A DNA stretch of 63,791 bases, counting the filler, from Octopus bimaculoides (Eukaryota): NCBI RefSeq assembly GCF_001194135.2. It is 8 parts of 8 records of this genome, joined end to end, with 100 filler letters (N's around TTAATTAATTAA, not from the genome) between each part and the next. Parts side by side here need not be neighbours in the genome. Positions count along the whole stretch, not along the records: positions 49,163 to 53,660 come from NW_026387212.1; positions 53,761 to 58,128 come from NW_026375738.1; positions 58,229 to 60,711 come from NC_068981.1; positions 60,812 to 62,618 come from NC_068984.1; positions 62,719 to 63,791 come from NW_026419708.1; 3 more parts are not named here. One strand, given 5' to 3'. The notes below the pieces were generated by a model, which saw only the letters and a list, made by a program, of their open reading frames with translations, had not been told where the DNA came from and searched no databases. Within the stretch, counting starts at the first letter, position 1, and the number at the start of each line of letters is the position of its first letter. This document shows positions 51,381 to 63,791 of this stretch, in pieces. The translations under genes were made by a program, and so were the position numbers.

Positions 51381-52935
51381 TATAGAGAGAGAGGTTTCAA
51401 CAGTGATTTTCAAATCCTTGAAGCAAAGTTTTCGGATTATTCAAGTTTCCACAATACGGACCCTAGTATGATTGAATTTTTAAGATGTTTAAATATAATT
51501 AATACTTCTTAATTTAACATAATCGTTCTTCAAATATTATGACTCTATTAAGAATTCTTTCAAAAACATTTTTTTCAGATTTTAGATTTTTTTTTTACAT
51601 AAATTTTATATATACGTATGTATACGAAATTATATATAGAGGTATATAACTCCTTGTTACTTCTTTTTGTGATAGGTCTGAACCTGTGCAGGGCCACCTC
51701 CTTGATGGCTTTAGACGAACAAATCGACTGACGTGCTTATTCTTATATTTTAAAACTGACACCTATATTATCCACCTCCTTTGCCGAATTACCCAACCCA
51801 TATTTTATATATATATATTTGTCGATTGTGGAACTCGACTGTCACTACATAAAATTGACGATTGTGTAACGCATGAAGGTAGTAGTTTATTTCAATATTG
51901 TAAAAATTATAAAATTGTAAAAGATTGCAAAATAATAAGACGTGAAAACCAGACTAAGTNNNNNNNNNNNNNNNNNNNNNNNNNNNNNNNNNNNNNNNNN
52001 NNNNNNNNNNNNNNNNNNNNNNNNNNNNNNNNNNNNNNNNNNNNNNNNNNNNNNNNNNNNNNNNNNNNNNNNNNNNNNNNNNNNNNNNNNNNNNNNNNNN
52101 NNNNNNNNNNNNNNNNNNNNNNNNNNNNNNNNNNNNNNNNNNNNNNNNNNNNNNNNNNNNNNNNNNNNNNNNNNNNNNNNNNNNNNNNNNNNNNNNNNNN
52201 NNNNNNNNNNNNNNNNNNNNNNNNNNNNNNNNNNNNNNNNNNNNNNNNNNNNNNNNNNNNNNNNNNNNNNNNNNNNNNNNNNNNNNNNNNNNNNNNNNNN
52301 NNNNNNNNNNNNNNNNNNNNNNNNNNNNNNNNNNNNNNNNNNNNNNNNNNNNNNNNNNNNNNNNNNNNNNNNNNNNNNNNNNNNNNNNNNNNNNNNNNNN
52401 NNNNNNNNNNNNNNNNNNNNNNNNNNNNNNNNNNNNNNNAATGTACAAGCGTCAATCCATTACACCCGTTTTCAACGGCTCCTTTAATTGATTAATGAAA
52501 ACATTAAACATTAAACGAAACCGTTTTCACAGATGAATTCATGAACTTCAAAATAAAGGACATTCAGATTGAAAACATTTACATTGATTCTGCTACTACT
52601 TCAATTGGCAGAATGTCTGAATAGTTAAGAGCGGATTTTTTCACTCAGATGGGTCTAACTGTCCACATACGCTGCAATAATATCATTCGGCCGGTACTTA
52701 CATACCAAGCTTGATATTTAATTGATATTATTGTGCGTGTGTGTATATTATTCCGATCTAGCGAGGTGCCTCAGTTTACTGAATCTTAATTGTATATATA
52801 TATATATATACTCTTTATACATCATCTGTACTCATTATCAGTGATGTAACGGAGAACTTTAACGCTTTTGAGTACGCATAGATATATGATACATATATGT
52901 CTAAATAGGTAGATAGATTGGTAGATAGGCAGGTG

Positions 52936-53002
<67 letters not shown>

Positions 53003-53054
53003 TTATCTGAACATGTACATATGTATTCATTTATGTATATATATAAAAATATAA

Positions 53055-53660
53055 ACGAGGGGTACCCAAAAATAACTGGAAACGTTCTCTGTCGGACAAA
53101 CCCGTTGAAGTTCGGGCTCCGCTGCAACAAGCCACTTATCGATGGTGTCGTTGGGTGAGATCGTACTGCCACGTGATGGGTCTTTGTTTTGCAGTGCTTC
53201 TCTCCTGTTAGTCAATTTTTACGACGGCTGAAACGAAGGAACTACGTGCTTCCGCCCTGGGGAAAACGGCGTCCGAAACAGTCGTCATGCCTCAAACAGT
53301 TTGCCATGAGCAAAACACAAGTTTACTAGTGGTTTCCACGCTTCAAGAACGGTCACTTGTCGCGTGAAGACCAACCTCGTTCAGCACGACCGTCGACCTC
53401 CCGAACGAATGAAAACACCATGTAAATTCATGAACTGATCTTCAAAGACCGTCACCGAACAATTGACGAACGTGTTGATATGACTGATATGTCCTGGAGC
53501 TCCTGAAAACGAATTTTTGGGCGAGGAATTGCGAATGAAAAGAGTTGCAACCGAATTTGTGTCTCGCTTGCTCACGGAAGATCAAAAGCAATCACAACAG
53601 AATGCATGTTGTGAACTGGAAGAACAACTGGAAGTTGATCCGGACCTTTTTTCGAAGATC
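53055..53660 (+). mobile_element. Mariner transposon 5' half (TIR plus decayed transposase)
   Basis: ACGAGGGGTACCCAAAAATAAC TIR-like end; DQPRSARPST and KRVATEFVSRLLTEDQK (decayed WVPRxLT motif). Confidence 0.85.
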
Positions 53661-53760
53661 NNNNNNNNNNNNNNNNNNNNNNNNNNNNNNNNNNNNNNNN
53701 NNNNTTAATTAATTAANNNNNNNNNNNNNNNNNNNNNNNNNNNNNNNNNNNNNNNNNNNN

Positions 53761-53872
53761 TAGAGAAGGGGTGCGTATTATACACAAGGTTTAGGTTTTT
53801 CAGAGGTACATCCCTCTAAAAATCCCCTGCGTATTATACTCAAGGGTGGACTATACTCGAGGATTTGCGGTA
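53761..53872. mobile_element. Pogo/Tigger-like terminal sequence
   Basis: Reverse strand TACCGCAAATCCTCGAGTATAGTCCACCC...TATAATACGCA, with the subterminal motif TGCGTATTATAC repeated. Confidence 0.55.
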
Positions 53873-55189
53873 TATACACACAAACACACACGCACAAGCA
53901 CACACATACACAAACTCACATATACAAATATACAGATATGTGTGGGTTTATGTTACAGGAGTCTGTGCAGTTGTATGTAACATATATATGTCATATATGT
54001 AAATATATATACATGTATTTATGTATATATATTAGTGCAATAGTATGTGGGTGCGTTTTTGCACACGTTCGGTACGTTTTCATTTAAGCTTTGCGTATTT
54101 ACCAGTGCGCGTATGCATGTATGTATTCGTGTATGTATTATGTATGTGTGTATGTATGTACGTGCATGAATACACATGTGTATATCTGTGTGTAAGTGAA
54201 CTCGATTCGTCTGCCCGAAAACTTCGTATTCATGCTACATCGCTTCATATTAATCAAAGAAAGAAAGTTCTTTCGCAGGACATGTAAAAATTCGGTGTAA
54301 ACGAGGCTAACAGATTATATGAACTCTTGAACACAAAGCCCGCTATGTAAACTGAGAGATGAAATTTCTGACATAAATCTTTGGATTTGATTCTGTGTTT
54401 GGCACCAATTTGTCTTAAGAATTCTATACTCATTTATGCTCCCATCAACACTAGTAATTTAAATCTCCCGTTTCCTGCTCAGAGATCAGAATCAATCCAT
54501 TTACAAAAAAAAAAAAAAAAAAAAAANNNNNNNNNNNNNNNNNNNNNNNNNNNNNNNNNNNNNNNNNNNNNNNNNNNNNNNNNNNNNNNNNNNNNNNNNN
54601 NNNNNNNNNNNNNNNNNNNNNNNNNNNNNNNNNNNNNNNNNNNNNNNNNNNNNNNNNNNNNNNNNNNNNNNNNNNNNNNNNNNNNNNNNNNNNNNNNNNN
54701 NNNNNNNNNNNNNNNNNNNNNNNNNNNNNNNNNNNNNNNNNNNNNNNNNNNNNNNNNNNNNNNNNNNNNNNNNNNNNNNNNNNNNNNNNNNNNNNNNNNN
54801 NNNNNNNNNNNNNNNNNNNNNNNNNNNNNNNNNNNNNNNNNNNNNNNNNNNNNNNNNNNNNNNNNNNNNNNNNNNNNNNNNNNNNNNNNNNNNNNNNNNN
54901 NNNNNNNNNNNNNNNNNNNNNNNNNNNNNNNNNNNNNNNNNNNNNNNNNNNNNNNNNNNNNNNNNNNNNNNNNNNNNNNNNNNNNNNNNNNNNNNNNNNN
55001 NNNNNNNNNNNNNNNNNNNNNNNNNNNNNNNNNNNNNNNNNNNNNNNNNNNNNNNNNNNNNNNNNNNNNNNNNNNNNNNNNNNNNNNNNNNNNNNNNNNN
55101 NNNNNNNNNNNNNNNNNNNNNNNNNNNNNNNNCTGTACTCTTCCACCATAACTTTCTCTCACACTTACTTCCTGTTTCTGTTGTGCCTG

Positions 55190-55368
55190 TAATTCAAAGG
55201 GTCAGCCTTGTCACACTGTGTCACGCTGAATATCCCCGAGAACTACGTTAAGGGTACACGTGTCTGTGGAGTGCTCAGCCACTTGCACGTTAATTTCACG
55301 AGCAGGCTGTTCCGTTGATCGGATCAACTGGAACCCTCGACGTCGTAAGCGATGGAGTGCCAGCAACA
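55190..55368 (+). mobile_element. Probable SINE 3' body of a third family
   Basis: CpG-rich ...GCACGTTAATTTCACGAGCAGGCTGTTCCGTTGATCGGATCAACTGGAACCC... recalled as a recurrent cephalopod repeat; not verifiable within the window. Confidence 0.35.
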
Positions 55369-55624
55369 TCTTCGCTCTGAGTTCAAATGTCAGCGAAATC
55401 AACCAAGCTAATCGACATGCGCTGCAAAAGAGCTAACTTTTTAGATCTTTTGTTAGATTTAAATTCAAAATTATGCTATCCATATCACATACTCATTAGC
55501 CGTACCACATGTCCATAGACTGTACCACATGTCTATAGACTGTGCTGTTATCATCATAAATACGCTTGTGAAGGTCATGTTAGGAATGGGTACATGGTCA
55601 TTTTGCGATTCAAAGAATCTTTAA

Positions 55625-55936
55625 TAATAATGGTTTCAAGTTTTGGCACACGGCATTAATTGCAGGGGAAGGGGTAAGTTGATTACATCGATCCCAGTAC
55701 TCATCTGGTACTTAATTAATCGACCTCGAAAGGATGAAAGGCAAAGTCGACCTCAGTGGAATTTGAACACAGAACGTAGCGGCAGACGAAATACCGCTAA
55801 GTATTTCGCCCAACGTGCTAACGTTTCTGCCAGCTCGACCTCAGCAGAATTTAAACTCAGAACGTAGCGGTAGGCGAAATGCCGCTAAGCATTTCGCCCG
55901 GCGTGCTGACGATTCTGCCAGCTCGACCTCGGCGGA
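55625..55936 (-). mobile_element. SINE family B with tandemly duplicated 88-bp head
   Basis: TCGACCTC recurs at 55747, 55835 and 55923. Confidence 0.85.
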
Positions 55937-56221
55937 ATTCTTTACTAAGCGACCTTCCTTGCACTTATTTGTATAGACATGGAAGGTTTTCCGTATTGCG
56001 AACACACACGTGTAAAGAATGGAAATATGTTTTGATGAATGTAAACAGTATTTGCTCAAGCTTGGCTCATGTATGTACTCAAATACACAGACAGACACAC
56101 ACATGCACACACACATACGTATACACACACGCACACACATACAGAGAAACACTCTCTCTCCCCACTTATGTCCCTCTTTTTTCTTTCTCCCCCTCTCTTT
56201 TTCCTGCCCCTCTTTCTCTCC

Positions 56222-56255
<34 letters not shown>

Positions 56256-56689
56256 TATGTATATATACGAAGACAGAGCTGAATAGAAAGAGGTAGATAG
56301 ATAGGTAAATAGACAGGGAGAGAGAAAAAGAGAATTACACGCGCACACATATCTTTTTGTTCATANNNNNNNNNNNNNNNNNNNNNNNNNNNNNNNNNNN
56401 NNNNNNNNNNNNNNNNNNNNNNNNNNNNNNNNNNNNNNNNNNNNNNNNNNNNNNNNNNNNNNNNNNNNNNNNNNNNNNNNNNNNNNNNNNNNNNNNNNNN
56501 NNNNNNNNNNNNNNNNNNNNNNNNNNNNNNNNNNNNNNNNNNNNNNNNNNNNNNNNNNNNNNNNNNNNNNNNNNNNNNNNNNNNNNNNNNNNNNNNNNNN
56601 NNNNNNNNNNNNNNNNNNNNNNNNNNNNATATATATATATATATATACGTACATATAGACTTATAGAGAAAATAAGGTAGGGAGAGAAA

Positions 56690-56900
56690 AATAATGAGAG
56701 GGAGAAAGAGAGAGCGAGTGTGTGTGTATGAGACAGAGAGAAAGAGAGAAAAAAGGAGACAGAGAAAAAAGGAAAGAGAGAAAAAAGGAGAGAGAGATAA
56801 AAGGAGAGAGAGAAAAAATGAGAGAGAGAAAAAAGGAGAGAGAGAAAAAAGGAGAGAGGAAAAAAAGGAGAGAGAGAAAAAAGGAGAGAGGGATGAACAG
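56690..56900. repeat. Purine minisatellite, unit about AAAAAAGGAGAGAGAG
   Basis: Several consecutive degenerate units. Confidence 0.85.
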
Positions 56901-57810
56901 AGAAAGTATATATGAGTGCATGTACATATGCGCAAGTCAGCAAATAGCTTGATAGATAGACTGCTATGCAAGACAAAATTTAAACAAAAAACAGCAAATA
57001 CACTCCGAAAAACGAATAATAAACGAAGGCGAAAGATAGAGGAAGACAGAAACGAACAGATAATGAGAGGCTAAGATAGAAGAAAGAGTGAGAGAGAGAG
57101 AGAGAGGAAATGAGAGCGGGAGTTAGATAAATAGATAGATAGATAACTGAAGATGTTTTTCTAGAGAAAGAAAGGGAGTGTTTGGACAACAGCGGCGTGT
57201 ATAATAAGTGATGAGTTCTGCATCAACAAGGCTAGTTTAATTAGTTACTGGTGTGCAACTGCGCCATGTAAACAGATGAAAGCAATGAAGAGGAACCTGT
57301 TGAATAATAGGGGCTGGTCTCCCCCACAGACTAAGGGACTGCAAGGGAGCTGAGGAAAAGGGATGGCGGCTTAATAAATAACGGCAAAAAAACAAATTAA
57401 AAAGACAAACGCAAAATATGGGTGTCTTTGTTGTTCTCGTTGTTACTGTTAGTTGTTTCAATGTTATACATCTCGATTGAATGGCGCCAGTATCGGACGG
57501 AATGAATGAGAATTGTACCAAAAATGGGAACCGTGCTGATGATGGTGATGCTGGTGATGGAGTTGATGATGGTGATGGGGGTTGGTGTTGGTGGTGTTAG
57601 CATTGGTGCGTGTGCGGTGAGGAATATTCGTGGTAGGAGGTGATTGGTGGTGGTTAGAGGGCTGTTTGTGTTCTTGGTAGAGATAGGAAAGTTTTAGGAC
57701 TGAATGTAGTATTATTCAAAGAGATCGTAGTGATGGTAGGCATGGTATAGGTTTTAGCTACTATAGGGTTTTTAGCGGGGTTCATGATAATAGTAATGGC
57801 GGTGGTATGA

Positions 57811-57879
57811 TCTCTTTTACTTGTTTCAGTCATTTGACTGCGGCCATGCTGGGGCACCGCCTTTAGTCGAGCAAATTGA
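57811..57879 (-). mobile_element. SINE family A tail fragment
   Basis: CTCTTTTACTTGTTTCAGTCATTTGACTGCGGCCATGCTGG. Confidence 0.85.
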
Positions 57880-58228
57880 ACAAATTCATATTCGAATTTC
57901 TCCTTAAATAAAGGTCCGTTAAAGGGAGAAAACCTCTCATAATATTATTAATAAATTATAATTTTTGATATATATATATATGTATATGATTCCCATGCAT
58001 TTCCCTGAGGAGAAGTTTGCATTTTTAACATCGCCGATTCCTATGGATCGCATAAATTGTAATTCTTCGAAACATATGTCGGAATAAAGTATGCAGCTAT
58101 AACATGCGTTTTCTCCATTCCTTAAATTNNNNNNNNNNNNNNNNNNNNNNNNNNNNNNNNNNNNNNNNNNNNTTAATTAATTAANNNNNNNNNNNNNNNN
58201 NNNNNNNNNNNNNNNNNNNNNNNNNNNN

Positions 58229-58318
58229 GCCTTCTACTATAGCCTCGGGCCGAGCAAAGCCTTTTGTTTGGATTTGGTTGATTGAAGGAAACTGGAAGCC
58301 GGTCGTGTATATATATAT

Positions 58319-58398
<80 letters not shown>

Positions 58399-58708
58399 TT
58401 ATATATATGCATATATACACATATATATATATGTATATGTATATGTGTGTGTGCGTGTGTATGTGTATACATATATATATATGAGTGTCCTCGCGTCTAT
58501 GTTTGTCCCCCACCATCGTTTGACAACTGGTATCGGTGTGTTTACATCCTCGTAACTTAGCGGATCGGCAAAAAACCGATAGAAAAAGAACCAGGCTAAC
58601 AAAAACTCTAAGTACTGAGGTCGATTCATTTGACTATAAATTGTTCAAACCAGTGACTAAGTAAGGCTGCAGTCTAATGACTGAAGCAAATCAAAGATAA
58701 AAGATACG
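58229..58708 (+). mobile_element. SINE family A, head in the gap
   Basis: CTTCTACTATAGCCTCGGGCCG, microsatellite, GTGTTTACATCC, AAAGATAAAAGATA tail. Confidence 0.85.
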
Positions 58709-60126
58709 TACATATATATATATATATATTTGTGTGTGTGTGCGTGTGCAACTAGGGTGTTAGGAAACACCTACATTGTTAGTAATAAGAACTAAACCAT
58801 TCTAATGAAAACATGTACAGTAACAGGGACCATAACCGTCTGAAAAGTGTCCATCGCGAATTCTTAATGCTGACACTTTTACTGACATTTAATACTGACA
58901 TTTCTTAATTCTGACAATTTCCGTTGCGCCATCAATTAAGACAGATTGACTTCGGCTCTTTCGGGACACGCTTCGCCATTAGTATCCGTACAACTTCAAA
59001 GTGAGGTGAATGAAATCAAAATAAGCAACAGGATATCCAGAAGTGATGCATTACGGCCGTTTCAAGCGGCTCCATTTAATTGAACAATGCAATCATTACA
59101 TCAGTTTAAACGCAGAGCTATCCTCAACTGCATAAATAAATAAATATAATTAATTTAAACAGTCGGACATATTTGTATAATTTTACTTAAATCCTCTAAG
59201 AGGGTAAGAAGATAGACAAAGTTCATGCTATTTTCACTTCAGCTTAGAAGCTACTAAGACATCATTGATTTATAGTCCTAGTTTATCAAATTTTTGTATA
59301 TCAGAATCTAAGACAATAGAGCAGTGTCTGTCATGAAAGGGCATGAGGGAGATGACAGAATCATAGTGGGTATAGTCATAAAACTTATCAAGATTATTTT
59401 GAAGTAGTATAAAGTAACTGGCTATAATGAGGTTTGGTAAAGGAAGATCTTAAATCTAGATGTTAATTACCAGTTAAAGGGGCAAGACTAATTTAACCAA
59501 TGATGATAATAGAGGGGAAATTTTTATCATGGGGTATTATAGTTGAATGAGTTAAACAATATTGTTATATTGTATAAAGATAAAATTTAGGGTTATCAAA
59601 AACTATAAAGAAAATAGTGAAACCAAAATGATAAGTTTTAAAATAATTTTGAGTATATACCAAGATTTACAACAATAGAGGGAGAAAAAAAAATACATAG
59701 AATTAGTTTAATATTTACTCATATACTGAAATATTTACTTATAAGGCGGTACCTGTGAAGATTGGTCCCTTGCATTTACTGGAATTTAATAAAGGAATAC
59801 TGGGGCGATAGAACATGCTAACTATATAATAATTATAATCTAAGAGGTATATAAGTTGTGGAGTTTCCGGTGCTGTTATATATAAGCTAATATAAATTTC
59901 TAGGGGTTCAAACATTAGGTTTACTTACATGTATGTATGCATGTATGTATGTATGTATGTATACACGTTTCAAAACTGTATAATATGAATGGTGGTTCTT
60001 AAATATTATATAATATAATAGTAACTTACTGATTGCAGTTTACCAGAGTTTACTTTCGTTCTGACATGAAATTTCAATTAGACACAGATATTTATATATG
60101 CACTATCTAAAAAAACACCACGCGCG

Positions 60127-60165
<39 letters not shown>

Positions 60166-60167
60166 GT

Positions 60168-60200
<33 letters not shown>

Positions 60201-60814
60201 CATATACGAAAAAGAATATACATATATATATATTCAACCGATCAACCAATGAATTTGTCCATTTGTCCATGTATAGCATTTATAGTCAACATCTGTATAG
60301 CACCTTACTTTTTCTATCGATTTATGCGTTTCCCTACTATTGTTGGATTCCTTTCAGAACTAAGTTCTCAGTTTCTACACCGACAAACAGCTTTATTGAA
60401 GCTCTAAGAATAGCTTAAGATATATTTTGTGATTTCTGCTTCTTTTGTGTTATGAATAATTTTTGATTTCTGTAGATCATGTGATATATCATTTGGTCAC
60501 AGTGGTGTAGGTGGTGGGACGGGATAAAGATATTTTGCTTCGTTCCAGAAGCGAATCCCTTCTTCTCCTGCATTTTAGCTGAATGTACTCAATTTGGCCA
60601 TTATAGTTTCAATTGTTCGTGTGTAAAGCAACAGATCGTGTACATACTTTATAATTATACTTATATACATACACACACATATATACATATATATACATAC
60701 AAATATATATANNNNNNNNNNNNNNNNNNNNNNNNNNNNNNNNNNNNNNNNNNNNTTAATTAATTAANNNNNNNNNNNNNNNNNNNNNNNNNNNNNNNNN
60801 NNNNNNNNNNNGGC

Positions 60815-61078
60815 TGTTATGTTTCCCTCGGGTGACTCGTAGAGATAACACAACGAGTTATACAATTTAATTATTACATTTATTGTTCAATTACATACAA
60901 AGAACGCACTCACCCAATGTTCGTTATGAATAAACAAAAGTCATGTCCGCCATATATATATCAATGACATTATACTACGACAGTCCCACAAGACAACAAC
61001 AATGAAACAATGAACTCAGACGAACCACATGACACACGGAACGTCAGACGAATTACATATCTAACAGTCCATATAACA
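60815..61078 (-). mobile_element. 264-bp solo LTR, probable 5-bp TSD GTGGC (BEL/Copia-like)
   Basis: TGTTAT...ATAACA inverted ends; right flank GTGGC, left flank nnGGC; TATA-like run and AATAAA on the minus strand. Confidence 0.75.
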
Positions 61079-62157
61079 GTGGCAGTAGACTTTTTGTGGG
61101 GTCAACTAGTGGCATAGCTTTCACATTGTGATTTCTGGGTAAGAAGCTGGTTCTTGATAGCTAGTCTTTTTGTTCATTTTGTTGGCTGTCTGCCCTACTA
61201 TCTCAAAGACATAGCAAACAGGGATACCTAGTGTATCCCTCTTGAAAACCTAGTAGGAGAGCAATAACTTTTAAATCACCAGAAATGAGAAAATTGTGAT
61301 TATGGTACTTGATTGCAGTTATTATTGTCTTCATATTTTTCTATGTTTCTGGCATTTGGACACTATGGCCAGTTGGCACAGATTCAGTTGTGTTGCCATT
61401 GTAGAGAAGAACAGCCTTTAACTTCTGTTAGAAGAATCAATGAAGAACCTCTATTCATCTGCTTTGTATGACATCCCCATGTGTTCAATAAGGCCAGACA
61501 TTTGAATAGAAAACTAAAGAATCCTCTTTCTCAAAGAACTCAGTGAATTCCGCTTCACGATGATGGTACCAAGCAAATGTTGTTCCAGGAGCCAGGAGCT
61601 TGTGTTCCTGCAGTTTAGAGCCAAATAACTGTGCACTTTCTTTTGGAAGGTTAAGGTCTCTAACCAAGTCATTGAGCTCAACTTGGTTGAATAATTTGGG
61701 ATCATCATTTGTTGGTGGCTCATAGTCTACTTCCATCTCATTAGCATCACTGGTATCAGACTCTGATGGAATTTCCCATGTTTCAGGAGGCATGGGTACA
61801 GGAATATCATTTGAGTGTGGAACAGGCCTTATTGCTGAAGGAATATTTGGGTATATTATGTGATCTATAGTCTTCTTGTTGAATCCAAAGTAGCAGTCAT
61901 CATAGTGGTTCATCTGCTCCCACCATACCAAAGGTCATACATTTAAGTTTTCCAACTGACCACATTTGAGGCTTACTGAATCAACTCTTGCAAGCTTTAT
62001 GAGGTGCAAATGGCTTGTCCTGGTCTCCCAGTTTGCAGCCAAAATATGTTAAGTAGCAGCACTTCAACAAAGGAGTAATATTGCTCTGGGAATCTGAAAG
62101 GGTGAATTACCCACTGACATACAATATATCTGGTTAATTGATGCAGCCTCTAGACAT
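61079..62157 (-). mobile_element. DNA transposase pseudogene with Cys-rich N-terminus (superfamily uncertain)
   Basis: MSRGCIN*PD...KLGDQDKPFAPH...NHYDDCYF...SAIRPVPH...ELNDLVRDLNL...FIDSS...ISGDLKV...GYTRYPC; frameshifted and cut by the solo LTR. Confidence 0.85.
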
Positions 62158-62379
62158 TTTAACAGACTGAAAATAAAGAAAAATATATTAGATTTAACAT
62201 TTAAGTTGATATAAAGTATGCATTTTAATTTATCATTTACTTATGTTATACAAAAAGAGAAAAATGGCGTCTCTGTATAACTTGACAACTTGATGTGATA
62301 GAGATGAATAAAAAACACAATGACTCATTATTTTTCCATATATATTCAGAAAAAGATACCATACAGTAAAAAAAAAAAA

Positions 62380-62595
62380 AAAATCATGCAGACCAGTGTA
62401 ATAAATTGGATTTGGAGAATCCACATCAGTTTCTTTTGCTGTTTCTTTGACAAACCTAGTATTTCTTGGGTTTTGCATAAATTTGTAGGTACAAATTACA
62501 AATGAGAATTTATAGTCAGGGTACAGGAGCTGTAAGTTCCACATTAATTCACCATAAGTGTTCTCTTTTTGCTTAGATTTTTGATAGTGCATGTA
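62380..62595 (-). mobile_element. C-terminal restriction-like endonuclease fragment of an R4/NeSL-type LINE
   Basis: KSKQKENTYGELMWNLQLLYPDYKFSFVI resembles the K-Y-x2-L...YP-YKF end of RLE domains. Confidence 0.6.
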
Positions 62596-62718
62596 TGTAT
62601 GTGTGTGTGTGTGAGATGNNNNNNNNNNNNNNNNNNNNNNNNNNNNNNNNNNNNNNNNNNNNTTAATTAATTAANNNNNNNNNNNNNNNNNNNNNNNNNN
62701 NNNNNNNNNNNNNNNNNN

Positions 62719-62763
<45 letters not shown>

Positions 62764-63349
62764 ATCGTCAATGTATCATATATCCTTAAAAAAGCAACTC
62801 TAAAGCATAGAGCAGTAATGTATTTATATTCTGATATGTCCGGCCATATAGTGGACAATGGTTTCGCATCCAGAGAGAGCTTAGTCCTATGGCCGACTCT
62901 TATATATGTTTGTGTGTGTGTGTGTGTGTGTGCGGGTGGGTGCGCGCGTGAACATGTATATATAATTTTGCTCATACTTACACACTGCTTAGCGCTGACA
63001 CTTCGCTATTTACCTCGGTCGGGCGATCTACTAACGCAAATCAGTCAACATTTTGACTGAATTATGTATAAAGATGTGGCTTTATTAACTTTGTTTAAAG
63101 TTGCCTCTCTTAGATATAACTCATTGATAGGAGTCAATAAACTCGAAACATCGATATCTCCGATTCCAAATAGATGATGCACTCACCTAACGGACCTTTT
63201 TACCATAAGAGGGATACATTCTCCACAGTAACTGCAGTGTATTTACCTTTTAACAGTTGAAATATGTTACAAACATATTTCAACTTACCTGATTCTGCTC
63301 AAATTTACACACTGCTAAGCGTTGACATTTCGTTATATATATATACATA

Positions 63350-63351
63350 CA

Positions 63352-63435
<84 letters not shown>

Positions 63436-63458
63436 AACGCACACACACACACACGCAA

Positions 63459-63496
<38 letters not shown>

Positions 63497-63590
63497 CATA
63501 TAAATATATATATATATAAAAATACATGAATATATAAATATACAAGTGTGTGTATATGTGTGTGTTTGTGTGTATATGTGTGTGTGCATT
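63350..63590. repeat. (CA)n and (TG)n microsatellites
   Basis: Visible directly. Confidence 0.95.
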
Positions 63591-63791
63591 TTCTGTTCCT
63601 CTATTACTCGTTTCACTAACCGGACCTCTGTTTGCTAATGTACTGTCTTTAAAGATTTTAGTCAATCCTATCGGTCACAGTAGGTGCTTCCGACTGCTAA
63701 TTGCTTTTATAGTTCAATTTTGATGAATCTGTACTTGAAAGATTATAAAATGGGTAAATATTTACTAGATATATAAATATATATATATATA

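Noticed and set aside
48070-52780. Short minus-strand phase-0 frames that can be chained (near 52720-52770, 50171-50260, 48070-48115), and similar ones at 7.9-8.0, 10.9, 14.7-14.85 and 15.8-15.9 kb
   Set aside because: No recognisable homology; short open frames with plausible splice sites arise often by chance, and I cannot tell them apart without RNA data.

Overview
AT-rich animal genomic DNA with many assembly gaps. The SINE and retrotransposon sequences look like those of an octopod cephalopod (inference from recalled repeat families, not a database match). Most of the window is transposon debris and microsatellites: RTE, L1/Tx1, R4/Dong, CR1 and Penelope-like retroelements, a Gypsy pol remnant, three solo LTRs with target-site duplications, mariner, pogo-like and a Cys-rich DNA transposase, a Helentron-type HINE, and two tRNA-derived SINE families. 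The only recognisable host coding sequence is a first coding exon at 42917-42969 (+), MASEKTQLKEEKVAIIG(S) followed by GTAAGT, which resembles lambda-crystallin/CRYL1. It lies next to a probable bidirectional promoter at about 42.5 kb, where CpG frequency rises sharply; a few candidate exons of an unidentified minus-strand gene lie to the left. The most interesting unexplained structures are three hammerhead-ribozyme-like motifs (best at 30637-30679), a 22-bp pre-miRNA-like hairpin, an inverted repeat containing telomeric hexamers, and a 48-bp fold-back. I found no convincing new multi-gene system and no CRISPR, rRNA or true tRNA gene.
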